From NCBI GenBank assembly GCA_965206645.1, contig CBDBKE010000003.1, positions 128,001 through 192,000 on the forward strand: a DNA stretch of 64,000 nt. The letters are read 5' to 3'. The stretch is from Terriglobia bacterium (lineage in GTDB: Bacteria; Acidobacteriota; Terriglobia; JAJPHL01; JAPKYU01). Below are positions 19,055 to 28,583 of the stretch, piece after piece. How positions within the stretch are numbered: position 1 is the stretch's first letter; each line of letters starts with the position of its first letter. The position numbers and the translations under genes are program-made. A model generated the notes under the pieces. That model made no database searches. It had not been told where the DNA came from and saw only the letters and a program-made list of their open reading frames with translations.

Positions 19055-19731
19055 GATGTGTTTCCTCCTGAAAGTTTAAGGGTTTGTGAGCGTTTCCGCT
19101 CACCCGCAAATGGCGGAAACGGCCAAACCCTGACACGGGAGGAACAGCGCCGACGAAGCCAGTGACGGGCAGGGCCGACAAGGGCAAGAGCGAGTGACAG
19201 ACGCCTGCCAGGCGAGGGGACCGTTCTGGCGCGAGCCTTGCGTCGGAACAAACCGGAATCGGTGAAGGCCAGCGGCTGATGGTGCAACCTCACACCCGTT
19301 CTCCGGTCGTAGGCGGCAAGCCTGCTTGGGGAATCGCAGCCGGGACGGGGCACCTGGAACCGGACGCGCCATGCTCCGGCGAGTGGAACGCAGCGCGAAG
19401 GACGGGAACGGCTCCTTGGCAAAGTGAACGGTGTTGGCCCACAAGCTTCATTTCAGCAGGAGGCCTCGCAAGGGTAACACGCGCATCAGCGAGGGTCATG
19501 TTACCCGCCGCTCGCGATCTTACTTGCAAGCTCCAATATACGGACTTCGATCAAGTGCCCATAGCTCAGCCAACATCTGGCGGCATCCATTCTGGCCCGA
19601 AAGCGGTATATCCCGGGAGTCGGGGGGGGGGCCCCCAGCAAGCATGTCGTCGCGAAGCGACATCATTAGTAGTCCTTCCGCCTGCTGCTCGAACTCGACC
19701 GGTGGATCATAGTTCCGATCGATAATAGCTC

Positions 19732-19760
19732 TTGACACTATTAGTGGATCACACTATAGC
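19732..19760 (+). promoter_or_regulatory. Second higBA promoter with palindrome
   Basis: TTGACA-17-TATAGC containing TAGTG-GATCA-CACTA. Confidence 0.65.
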
Positions 19761-19766
19761 TGAGAG

Positions 19767-20108
19767 GTGATCCAGAGTTACAAGAACCTCGATACCGAAG
19801 CGGTTGCAAACCGCGAACGGTGCAGGACATTCCCCGCGGACATCCAGCGCCGTGCCCAGGCCAAACTGATGATCTTGAACAACGCCAAGAACTTGAACGA
19901 TCTACGGGTGCCTCCAGGGAACCGTCCGGAGGCGCTCTCAGGCGACCGGAAAGGCCAGCACAGCATCCGCATCAACGATCAGTGGCGGATCTGCTTTTTC
20001 TGGAAGCCAGGGAATGCCTATCAGGTCGAGATGGTGGATTACCATTGGGAGCGCAAGGACCTGAGAGCAAGAAGGAGTCAAAGACATGAGCAGATCAGTG
20101 GCGCGTAG
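19767..20108 (+). CDS. higB: HigB toxin with apparent stop loss after DYH
   Basis: DLRVPPGNRPEALSGDRKGQHSIRINDQWRICF...VDYH followed by TGG instead of a stop. Confidence 0.85.
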   Translation: MIQSYKNLDTEAVANRERCRTFPADIQRRAQAKLMILNNAKNLNDLRVPPGNRPEALSGDRKGQHSIRINDQWRICFFWKPGNAYQVEMVDYHWERKDLRARRSQRHEQISGA

Positions 20109-20412
20109 CCGCAAAAAACTACCCCCCATTCACCCCGGTGAGATTCTTAATGAGGAGTTTCTCGGCCCTCTGAAGATCACCCAGTACCGGCTGGCTCAGG
20201 TAATCGGTGTGGATGCTCGCCGGATCCATGCGATCATCCACGGTCAGCGGTCGATCACGGCGGAGACAGCCCTACTGTTCTCGCGCTTCTTTGGCAACTC
20301 TGCAGAGTTCTGGATGGGCCTCCAGAGCCAGTACGACCTGGAGAGGGAACAGGATCGCCTGGCCGACAGGCTCGATCAGGTGCCGGCGCACAGCGTCCAA
20401 GTCACAGCCTGA
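20086..20412 (+). CDS. higA: HigA antitoxin
   Basis: PIHPGEILNEEFL...ITAETALLFSRFFGNSAEFWMGLQSQYDL. Confidence 0.93.
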   Translation: MSRSVARSRKKLPPIHPGEILNEEFLGPLKITQYRLAQVIGVDARRIHAIIHGQRSITAETALLFSRFFGNSAEFWMGLQSQYDLEREQDRLADRLDQVPAHSVQVTA

Positions 20413-20632
20413 TCCGTCCTCACCCAAGGCCGAGTTCCTGAATGTCCTCTCCATGGGAAAAGGTATTGGTGGTTGCCGGCCCGGTGCCCCCAACTCCCTA
20501 GCAGAGGGTCCACTACGAAGTGCTACCGTTCGACTGAATAACGGCGGAGGATGGATCGTTTCATCGCATGATACGGTCGGGTCGCAGCCATGCCGGACAG
20601 GGGGTCTGCTCTGACTTGGGCCAGGATCGCAC

Positions 20633-20706
20633 ATCCATCCCTTCTGAGGATGGAAACGGACGTATCGGCCGAGCCTTGGCGGAAAAAGCGCTTGCCCAAT
20701 CACTCG
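20633..20706 (+). pseudogene. Fic-domain fragment
   Basis: IHPF(+1 nt)EDGNGRIGRALAEKAL, the HPFxDGNGRxxR motif. Confidence 0.75.
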
Positions 20707-21099
20707 TGGGTTGTGGGGGAAAGGAGAAATTGACGCCTCCGGATAAATGATTTGCAAAGGCGAAGAAGAAAATAGGGAGCGGCCACTACAGCTTCGTTGT
20801 GGACCCCGAAGCAGAGGGTGGTGGGTTAGGGAAAGTAGTTCCCCCGGCTCGACAAAGCGCGGCCTAACGAGGAGCCGGGCTATTGCAGATCAAAAACCAT
20901 TACTGCAACAACGTGCTGCACAGCCCGTAGAGCATGACCGTGGCAGCAACGACTGTCAAGAAACTGTCAGGAAACTCGCCCATCAAGAGGGCTAGGCGTA
21001 GGCGTTGCGAGCGAAAGCAGACGCCCTGAAGTTGTGTAAGAGCAACGAGAGGAAGGAGTTGGTGGAAAACCGTGGAAGACGCCAGCCTGATCGACAATC

Positions 21100-21993
21100 A
21101 GATGATCTTCGCTGACCGCCACCTCCGCCGTGTAACCCAGCGTGAATCCCTTGCGGTCGCGCAAGAACCGGCTGTCGGGATCGGTTTCCAAACGCCGCTT
21201 CAGCCCGCTTTTGCGCAACCGCTCCAGGCATCGCGGGATTTCTTCCAGCCGCTTCTCCAGCGCTGCCATCTGCTTGCCGCTCAGTTGCCGGCCAGCCGCT
21301 TCCTCGCAGGACTGCGCGTCACATTGTTTCTGCCAGCGACGAATCTGCCGCCGAATTTTGGCTCGCTCTGCCCGCAACTTGGCCACCGTCTCCACCCGGT
21401 CCCGCGAGGCGTTGGCCGCCACCCGCGTCGAGTCCATGGCCACGTGTCCCAGCCGCCCCATTCCCAGCGACCGCGCCAACTCCACCACCTGTGTGAACAG
21501 ATCGTTCAGGGCACGGGCGTGCCGCGTCCGAAACTGGTTCAGCGTCCAAAAGTCCGGCCCCGCTCCGGCCGCCAGATAACGGAACGCCAGGTCCTCCCGC
21601 ACCCGCTGTTCCAGACGGCGGGCCGAGGTCACGCCCAGCGCGTAGGCATACAGCCACACCTTCAGCAACAGCGCCGGATGATAGGCCGGGCGGCCTTCTT
21701 CCACCTAGCCCTGCTCAAACGCACTCAGTTCCAGCCGCTCCACAACTCGGTGCACAAAAAAACAGATGTGATCTTCTCCAGCACCTCCCGCACGCTGGGC
21801 GGCAGCAGATACGCTTGCTCCGGGTTGTAGGTCAAGAATTTCATCGCGCCTCCTTAAGGCGCATTATGACCAGCACCTCCCGCACGCTGGGCGGCAGCAG
21901 ATACGCTTGCTCCGGGTTGTAGGTCAAGAATTTCATCGCGCCTCCTTAAGGCGCATTATACGTGACTCGTAAAAGCGGTTTTCACACAGACTC
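21100..21993 (-). mobile_element. IS1182-family remnant (left end plus inactivated transposase)
   Basis: GAGTCTGTGTGAAAACC end; YLLPPSVRE, GRPAYHPALLLKVWLYAY, DSTRVAANAS; TAG at 21705-21707; 3'-truncated. Confidence 0.85.
21778..21959. repeat. 90-bp direct duplication (21778-21867 and 21870-21959)
   Basis: Duplicates the RBS and first codons of the IS1182 transposase. Confidence 0.92.
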
Positions 21994-22087
21994 TATAACC
22001 CTGTCTTAGTCTTAAAACCAGTTTCACAGCCCCAGGCTGTGATGTAAACTCTCTCACACCGACTGGTACAAAAAATCGGTCCGGTCA
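21994..22087 (+). mobile_element. IS3 right-end remnant
   Basis: LKPVSQPQAVM* and TGGTACAAAAAATCGGTCCGGTCA, similar to the IS3 at 16414. Confidence 0.85.
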
Positions 22088-22125
22088 ACCTGGCAACTTG
22101 AAATCGGAGTAAGGAGCCATCGCTT

Positions 22126-22839
22126 ATGAACAACGGAAAAAGCCTGGAGCTGCGCTTCCGCGAGCAACTTGGTTTAGCCAAACGGCCGGTGGCCGTAAGT
22201 TTCCTACCAGAGGAGCCGACGCAGCTTCTCCGCTTCAGCGGGAGTGAGCCCTCGGGGTGCAGCTTCTGGCGCCTGGCTGCCGAGGGGCGCACCTTTTACA
22301 CGGTCCCGGCGGACCATTACAACTGTGCGGTGGGCAGCTACACCCATAACTTGGCGCTTCCGCCGGAGCGCGCCCGGGAACTGGACGAAACGCTAGGCCT
22401 GATGACATCGGTGGGCTACCTGAGCCTGGACGAGGTTCCAGGGATTCCGCGTTTACCCCGGACGCCGGCGGCGGTCCTCTATTCGCCGCTGGCCGACGCG
22501 CCTGTGGCACCCCAGGTGGTCCTGTTCGCCTGCCGGCCGGCGGCCGCCATGTTGCTCAGCGAAGCGGCGGCGCGCGCCGGTGCGAACTCTTCGCTGCCGG
22601 CGCTGGGACGGCCCACCTGCATGGCCCTGCCTGCCGCGCTTTCCGCAGGCGGCGCGGTCACCAGCCTCGGCTGCATCGGGAATCGGGTGTACACCGGGTT
22701 GAGCGAAGATGAGTTGTACGTGGTGATTCCCGGTCCCGCCCTGGGTGGCATTGCCGACGCCCTGGAAACCATCGTCTCCGCCAACCGGCATCTTGCTACC
22801 TATGCCGAGGATCGCCGCCGCGCACTGGCCTCGGAGTAA
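22126..22839 (+). CDS. DUF169-family protein
   Basis: LGL...PVAV, GCSFWRLAAEGRTFY, CAVG, GRPTC, SLGCIGNR, ELYVVIPG. Confidence 0.8.
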   Translation: MNNGKSLELRFREQLGLAKRPVAVSFLPEEPTQLLRFSGSEPSGCSFWRLAAEGRTFYTVPADHYNCAVGSYTHNLALPPERARELDETLGLMTSVGYLSLDEVPGIPRLPRTPAAVLYSPLADAPVAPQVVLFACRPAAAMLLSEAAARAGANSSLPALGRPTCMALPAALSAGGAVTSLGCIGNRVYTGLSEDELYVVIPGPALGGIADALETIVSANRHLATYAEDRRRALASE

Positions 22840-22974
22840 CTGGCTAGCGGGGGCCTACCGAGGTCACGCCCGAAGGTCCCCACGTAGCGGTGGCGGTGTG
22901 GCCTCAACCGCCACTGATGCCAGGAACAATATGAATCTGTGATAAGCCCATCCGGCGCTATCACGTGACGGACG

Positions 22975-23062
22975 CGGCTGTGCACGACAGCCAGGTGGTG
23001 GAAGACATTCTCGATCCCGACAACACAGCCGCGGACGCATGGGCGGACAGCGTCTACCAGTC
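22975..23062 (+). pseudogene. IS5-family transposase fragment
   Basis: HDSQVVEDILDPDNTAADAWADSVY. Confidence 0.6.
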
Positions 23063-23067
23063 GGCGG

Positions 23068-23195
23068 GGCTTTGTCAAGTTAAGGCAGAATCAGGCACAA
23101 TTGGCGGATGAAATCACAATATCGAGGGGCATCGCTTTCCAGCTGAAATCATCAGTCACGCCGTCTGGCTGTACCATCGGTTCACGATGAGCTTA
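23068..23195 (+). mobile_element. IS6 left-end remnant
   Basis: GGCTTTGTCAAGTT, then HRFPAEIISHAVWLYHRF. Confidence 0.8.
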
Positions 23196-23545
23196 TGACG
23201 TGACCGGGTTTTTTTGTACCAGGTGAAATGAGAGAGAATTCACCTGAGAAGGAGCCGCGATCATGTCGACGAAGAGGTCTAAGCCGGAGCAGGTTGTAAA
23301 CCTCCTCCGGCAGATCGAAGTGGAGACTGCCAACGGGAAGACCACGCCGCAAGCCTGCCGGGATGCTCAGATCACGGTGCAGACCTACTATCGCTGGCGG
23401 AAGGAGTTTGGCGGGCTGAAGCTAGACCAAGCGAAGCGGCTGAAGCGGTTGCTGGCGGAGCTTTCCGTGGAGAAGCAGGTTTTGCGGGATGTGTGGCGCA
23501 GGGAAACTTCTGAGCCCTGAGCGGCGGCGTTGTGCGGTGGAGCGG
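23196..23545 (+). mobile_element. IS3 left-end remnant with orfA (23263-23520)
   Basis: TGACGTGACCGGGTTTTTTTGTACCA; QTYYRWRKEFGG; GGGAAACTTCTGAGCCCTGAG; orfB lost. Confidence 0.85.
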
Positions 23546-23635
23546 GCCGGGCTCCGCCCTTGACACCGTTTCCACTAGCCCTGATAATCTCCCCATGTAT
23601 CCGCAATTCCGTTTCCTAGGCAAGGAGGAGCAATA

Positions 23636-23953
23636 ATGGGGCTAGTGGGCAAGTTCTCTTTTATCGTCGGACTGGTGATTGCTGTGGCTGGAGGCTTAGG
23701 CTTTGAACAGGCTTGGTTTGGCTGGGTACTTGCAGTACTCGGCCTGATCGTCGGATTCTTGAATATCAGCAACAAGGAGGGTCAGACCTTCCTCTTAGCG
23801 GCGATAGCGCTGATCGTAGCGGCCAACGCCGTCGGAGCGATCCCCTACGTCGGGGAGGGGACGACCCGGATCATCGCAAATCTCGTGCTCTTCCTGGGGG
23901 GCGCGGTCTTGGTCGTAGCGGTTAAGAGTCTGTTCGCGGTAGCGAGAGACTGA
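23636..23953 (+). CDS. Small multi-pass membrane protein
   Basis: AGGAGGAG RBS; four hydrophobic segments, LGLIVGFLNISNKE. Confidence 0.75.
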   Translation: MGLVGKFSFIVGLVIAVAGGLGFEQAWFGWVLAVLGLIVGFLNISNKEGQTFLLAAIALIVAANAVGAIPYVGEGTTRIIANLVLFLGGAVLVVAVKSLFAVARD

Positions 23954-24251
23954 AGTCGCTCTGACGCGGGCGTCATCGAGTCCGGAAAGCTTTCTCGCGA
24001 AAGCGGCGTTCTCACCGAGTCGCTTCCAGCGCCGCCTGAGCCGCGGTGTCCTGGTCATTTGTGGAGGCGTGTGCGGAACCGATTAGCGCTGCACAAAGGT
24101 ATCGCCAAGCGAATCAATACTGCGACACCGTTTCGCAACGACGAAGTCCTTGAAAACCCGTCTGGGCCGGATCGTTGCGTAACCGCTCGTTTTGTGCAGT
24201 ATCTCCGGCCTTCTCCCCAAACGACCGGTAGTGTCTCAGTAGGTACCAGAC

Positions 24252-24729
24252 TCATTCGTCGAACTTGATCTGGTCGGAGTTCTGAAATTCGGCGAGGCCG
24301 CGAACCCGGCGGAAAAGTGACAGCAGGATCTTCATTTGAACAACCGGATTGTCGGTGAGCCGACGGAGATCATCCATACCCTTGAAACCCATCGCAGTGC
24401 CCAGACGTTTAGCGGCGTCTTCCGCAAACTTGAGTTCTTCGAGATTCAGTTCAAGATCGGCCCGCCGGCGAAGCAACTTTCGCTCTCGAGCATGCGTGGA
24501 GATCTGATGGTACGTCTGGTCCGCTTGCCTGATGCTAGTGCAGACATGTCGAACGAGCGCGCTGATCGCCAATGCACTTGAGAGGAAAACCCCAAAATCG
24601 ATGTAGCCTGGAGACTCGTATTTGATAGCGACGATGCGAGGTCGATATTCCTCCGGGACCGAGACTCGAAGGGATTCGTAGAAACCGACGGCACTCCACC
24701 CACCGGCCCACGGAAACACTTCGAACGCG
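24252..24729 (-). pseudogene. Hypothetical protein, 5'-truncated by IS
   Basis: Open frame (FPW.GG.S.VGFY...YESPGYI) running up to the IS end at 24730. Confidence 0.5.
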
Positions 24730-26098
24730 TGTCCCTGGCGAATTGCTAGTTTACGGCCTAATTCCTGGGTTTAGCGGTTCTTGCTAAGATGCTGAGATGC
24801 GCAATCTCGTTATCCTTTTAGTCCATGTCATGGCTACTCTTACCCGGTTCTTGGGTCCGGGTGGCATTCGCTCTGTGATCGCCGAGTCCGTTCTCGCCAA
24901 GCAACAACTCCTGATCCTCAATCGTTCGCGACAGCGGTCACCCAATCTACGCACTTCAGATCGCCTAGTCGCCGGCCTGTGTGCTCTCCTCATCTGCCCC
25001 GCCCGCCTGATCCGCTCAGCAATCGTGCTGAAACCTTCGACTCTCTTGAACTTCCACCAGGTTATGAGGAATCGAAAATATCGCCTGCTCTTCTCCTCCA
25101 AGTACAGAGGTAAGCCCGGACCAAAGGGGCCCAACAAAGAACTCATTGAAGCCGTCGTCCAGATGAAGCAACGCAATCCCGCCTGGGGCTGTCCGCGAAT
25201 TGCTAAACAGATTGCCTTGGCTTTCGACATCCCCATCGACAAAGACGTTGTTCGAAGGATTCTCGCCAGCCACTATCGGCCGAAAAAGGACTCCGGTGGT
25301 CCATCCTGGCTGACCCTCATTGGCCACATGAAGGACAGCCTCTGGAGTATAGATCTGTTCCGGTGCGAATCGGCCACGTTGCGGACCCACTGGGTCTTGG
25401 TCGTCATGGATCAATACACCCGCCGGATCATTGGGTTCGGCGTCCACGCCGGAACTGTCAATGGCGTCGCACTTTGCCGCATGTTCAACCGCGCCATTCG
25501 ATGGCAACCCTGTATGCCCAACTACCTCAGCTCCGACCATGATCCCCTGTATCGGTTTGGGCAGTGGCAAGCCAATCTGCGGATCCTGGAAGTGACCGAA
25601 ATCAAAACCGTCCCCTATGTTCCCCTGTCCCATTCCTTTGTGGAACGGCTGATCGGCACGATTCGACGCGAGTATTTAGATCGCACGTTGTTCTGGACGA
25701 CGGCGGACCTGGAGAACAAGCTGCTCGATTTCAGGACATATTTCAATGCGTATCGCTCGCACACTGGACTGGAAGGGAGAACGCCTGATCCAGTCACGCC
25801 TATACCACGACCAGTCGCCAGGCTCCATTCCTATGGATGGCAACGCCACTGCAGAGGCCTCTATCACACCCCAATGGCTGCCTGATTCTCCAAAGACTGG
25901 TGCTCCCTGTGGTAACCGGCGGACATCGGCAGGCGGGCACTTCCTACGAAACCATTCGCTCTTTGAGTTTGTCAACGCGGAGCGGTTGTCTGATCTGATT
26001 GTTTCGCTGCTACCGAGGGTACTCCGCCAGTGTGCACTCGCCTAATTGGGGCAGCGGTCACGGGTAGAATCGCTCAACATATCAATTCGCAATGGACA
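24730..26098 (+). mobile_element. IS481-like element with integrase-core transposase
   Basis: Imperfect TIRs TGTCCCTGGCGAATTG / CAATTCGCAATGGACA (TGT...ACA ends). Confidence 0.75.
24797..25885 (+). CDS. Integrase core (rve) domain transposase
   Basis: NPAWGCPRI, WSIDLF, LSSDHD, VERLIGTIRREYLD. Confidence 0.9.
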   Translation: MRNLVILLVHVMATLTRFLGPGGIRSVIAESVLAKQQLLILNRSRQRSPNLRTSDRLVAGLCALLICPARLIRSAIVLKPSTLLNFHQVMRNRKYRLLFSSKYRGKPGPKGPNKELIEAVVQMKQRNPAWGCPRIAKQIALAFDIPIDKDVVRRILASHYRPKKDSGGPSWLTLIGHMKDSLWSIDLFRCESATLRTHWVLVVMDQYTRRIIGFGVHAGTVNGVALCRMFNRAIRWQPCMPNYLSSDHDPLYRFGQWQANLRILEVTEIKTVPYVPLSHSFVERLIGTIRREYLDRTLFWTTADLENKLLDFRTYFNAYRSHTGLEGRTPDPVTPIPRPVARLHSYGWQRHCRGLYHTPMAA

Positions 26099-26174
26099 GG
26101 CCTGCCACCCGCTACAAAACCCGCTACATCAAAAGGTCTGGTGTCGAAGAAACATAGCTAACTTATTGAAATAA

Positions 26175-26249
26175 TGGAGCCGACGGGGGGACTTGAACCC
26201 CCAACCCCCTGATTACGAATCAGGTGCTCTACCATTGAGCTACATCGGC
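26175..26249 (-). tRNA. tRNA-Thr(CGT)
   Basis: GCCGATGTAGCTCAATGGTAGAGCA-CCTGA-TTCGTAA-TCAGG...GTTCAAGT...GTCGGCTCCA cloverleaf with encoded CCA. Confidence 0.97.
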
Positions 26250-26321
26250 ACTGAAGTCATCATAGCAGCGCGCCGCAACGGCTGTCCACGGCGGGCGCTG
26301 AGGATCGTCAGCTGGACCGGA

Positions 26322-27236
26322 TCAGTGAGGCGAGTCCCAGCGGAGGCCGACCGCATAAGCCATCGCATAGTGGAGCGTGTCATGGAATGCGGGCGACAGG
26401 TCGGTCAGTACGCGGCCGTACCACCGACGGGGTCGGCCGGGAGAGCGAAAGCAGGAGCCAGGCTGCAGCATCACTAACCGGCCCTTGAAGGGCATCGAGT
26501 CGGCGGCACGCGCGGAGCCTAGCCGCGGATACTTGACCAGCGTGTTCCACCAGCCGTCGGTCGGATCGCTCTCGTCCGGGACGAAGTGGCTGAGGCTGAC
26601 GAAGGCGTTTTCGAACGGGAGCGGTTCCAGCCAGTCGCAGGTTTCGGCCGGCCCCAGTACTTCGAAAGCGCCTCGACCGATCGCGCGGCGCTTCCCGAAC
26701 CCGGAGCGCCCCAGAGAGCGCAACAGCGTGCCCAGCCGCTCTAGCCACTCCTCGTCAGCGCGGACGTAAAGTGACACGAAGCGCTCCTCCTGCGGGACCT
26801 CAGGAAGCCAAGTGTACTCTTCGGTTGCAAACGGGACGGGACCAGCGCCGTCACGCGGAATCGACGCGTGCGTGGGGCGCAGGGTGAGCCACCAGTGCTG
26901 CCGCGGCAGCTCTGGTGGATAGCGTTGACCCTCCCGGACGGCCACGAACTGCTCGCGAGTGAGCCAGCGCGCCGACTGCCATTCGTTCGCTTCAGCAGCC
27001 GCGCCGGCGTTACCGTCGGGAACCGCACATAGCGGGCGCGGCAGCAGGTCGGCGGGAGCGGCGTCGGAGAGCAAGAAGGGCGGGGGCCCCTGGCGGAACC
27101 GTCCGAGCAAGCGGCTGAGGGCGCCTTCTCCGGCGCTGTGGGCCAATTCCCAACACAGCGCGCCGAACAGTGTATCAGCCTGCCAGGGTGTAGCCCAAGG
27201 AGCCAGTGGCCGAAGGCAGAAGCGCGCCGATTTCAT
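26322..27236 (-). CDS. csm4: Type III-A CRISPR RAMP Csm4 (Cas5 group)
   Basis: QADTLFGALCW, FLLSDAAP, SGFGKRRAIGRGAF, LSHFVP, MLQPGSCF, HYAMAY. Confidence 0.88.
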   Translation of the reverse strand: MKSARFCLRPLAPWATPWQADTLFGALCWELAHSAGEGALSRLLGRFRQGPPPFLLSDAAPADLLPRPLCAVPDGNAGAAAEANEWQSARWLTREQFVAVREGQRYPPELPRQHWWLTLRPTHASIPRDGAGPVPFATEEYTWLPEVPQEERFVSLYVRADEEWLERLGTLLRSLGRSGFGKRRAIGRGAFEVLGPAETCDWLEPLPFENAFVSLSHFVPDESDPTDGWWNTLVKYPRLGSARAADSMPFKGRLVMLQPGSCFRSPGRPRRWYGRVLTDLSPAFHDTLHYAMAYAVGLRWDSPH

Positions 27237-27243
27237 AAGAATA

Positions 27244-27265
27244 GGGCAGGCACTTCCGCCTGCCC
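27244..27265 (-). terminator. GC hairpin between ankyrin gene and csm4
   Basis: GGGCAGGC-6 nt-GCCTGCCC followed on the minus strand by TATTCTT, then the csm4 ATG. Confidence 0.45.
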
Positions 27266-27315
27266 AAAGATGCACTGGGGCTGTCGAGCTTTGCTAGTTG
27301 GCGGCAAGGGCGGCT

Positions 27316-28434
27316 TCATCCGGGAAGTTCGGGTGGCTGAGGCGAGACAGGAGGGTCGGCGGCGGTAGCGGAGCGGTCTTCCTTTGTCGAACGGATAACA
27401 CCCGACTCATCCGTAAAGAAACTACGAGTGCCCGTCTTCCTGTATTCGATCGGACTCGCAGAGACTTGGTAGGCGTCCAGAGTGCCATCGCCGTCATTGT
27501 CACTGGCCACGTGCTCGAAAACGTAGCAGTCCTTTCGTCCGCCAGCTAGGTCGGCAAACAGCAAGTCTGCCCCATCGGGCCCCGGTTCGGTCAGCGCAGC
27601 CGGGACACCACGCGAATATGTGGACATGTAGGTTATGCAGGTAATGTTAGTGACTCGCAGGTTGCCGACAGCCATAACTTCGTTGGATGGTATCCCCAGC
27701 TCGGGGAACTCTTCCACCAGCTCTTGGAATACCAAACCAGCTATCGGCCGGAGCCGCGCGGCAACGACAGGAAGCGACTCCGAAATAAGCCGTGGTTGCA
27801 CTTTGACAAAGCTTTGGCCGACAGGGGATTCGTAAAACTCGGCAAGGGTTTTGATTTCCTCGGCGGTGAGGTGCTTGTCATATATGGAAATCAGAACGTC
27901 ATGAATCACGGCGAACAACTGTGGGGTGAGCTTTTGGTAAAAGGCGCTCATTATTTCCTCGGCTCGTCCGGGCGAAATATACTTCTGTAGACGCTGCTTT
28001 AGTGACTCGCCTGTGTACTTAGATAACTCCTGCATCATGCCCGCAAACTGTTGTTCGCCGCCGGGCGCATTTATCAGACGACGGATGTCGGCTTCTTTGG
28101 AAGGGCTGACTTCCCGTTGTGATGAGGCATCAACACTTTTCCGGGCGTCAGGCTCCGCCGCCACGGTGGCCTGTGCGCGCGCATATTCCTGGGCTCCAGC
28201 CTTCTTTAGCAGTTCAACGGCGCCGGTGAGGTCTTTACTCACCGCGAGGCTTAAGGCTGTCCGTCCCTTCTTGTCTTTTGCATTGACGTCGGCACCGTTA
28301 GCCAACGAAGCCTTGACGGCAGCGGTGTCACCCTTCTTTGCCGCCTCAATCAAGTCTTGATTGATATCTCCGGCATTGGCCAAGAGCGGAATCAGCAGGG
28401 CAATCAGCGAAAGTGCAATCCGTGTAGGTGTCAT
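27316..28434 (-). CDS. Secreted mosaic protein: ankyrin repeats + DUF2059 + pilin-like globular domain
   Basis: Signal peptide; GADVNAKDKKGRTAL; IYDKHLTAEEIKTLAEFYESPVGQ; NEVMAVGNLR...TGTRSFFTDESGVIR. Confidence 0.75.
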   Translation of the reverse strand: MTPTRIALSLIALLIPLLANAGDINQDLIEAAKKGDTAAVKASLANGADVNAKDKKGRTALSLAVSKDLTGAVELLKKAGAQEYARAQATVAAEPDARKSVDASSQREVSPSKEADIRRLINAPGGEQQFAGMMQELSKYTGESLKQRLQKYISPGRAEEIMSAFYQKLTPQLFAVIHDVLISIYDKHLTAEEIKTLAEFYESPVGQSFVKVQPRLISESLPVVAARLRPIAGLVFQELVEEFPELGIPSNEVMAVGNLRVTNITCITYMSTYSRGVPAALTEPGPDGADLLFADLAGGRKDCYVFEHVASDNDGDGTLDAYQVSASPIEYRKTGTRSFFTDESGVIRSTKEDRSATAADPPVSPQPPELPG

Positions 28435-28461
28435 ACTTGCGCCCCTTTGCCGACTGTACAT

Positions 28462-28555
28462 GAGAGTCTGGCCAATCATTGGAAGGGCCCCTTTTTACCG
28501 CCCATGCTACGCCCCGGCCGCAGGCGAGTCAACGCGACGACCCGGCCGGTCGCGC
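28462..28555 (-). promoter_or_regulatory. Repeated promoter/leader element, copy 1
   Basis: TTGACT(28532-28527)-17-TAGCAT(28509-28504); colinear similarity to 39950-40045. Confidence 0.75.
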
Positions 28556-28583
28556 CGGTGGTCTTTTGCCTGCCGCACTTAGT

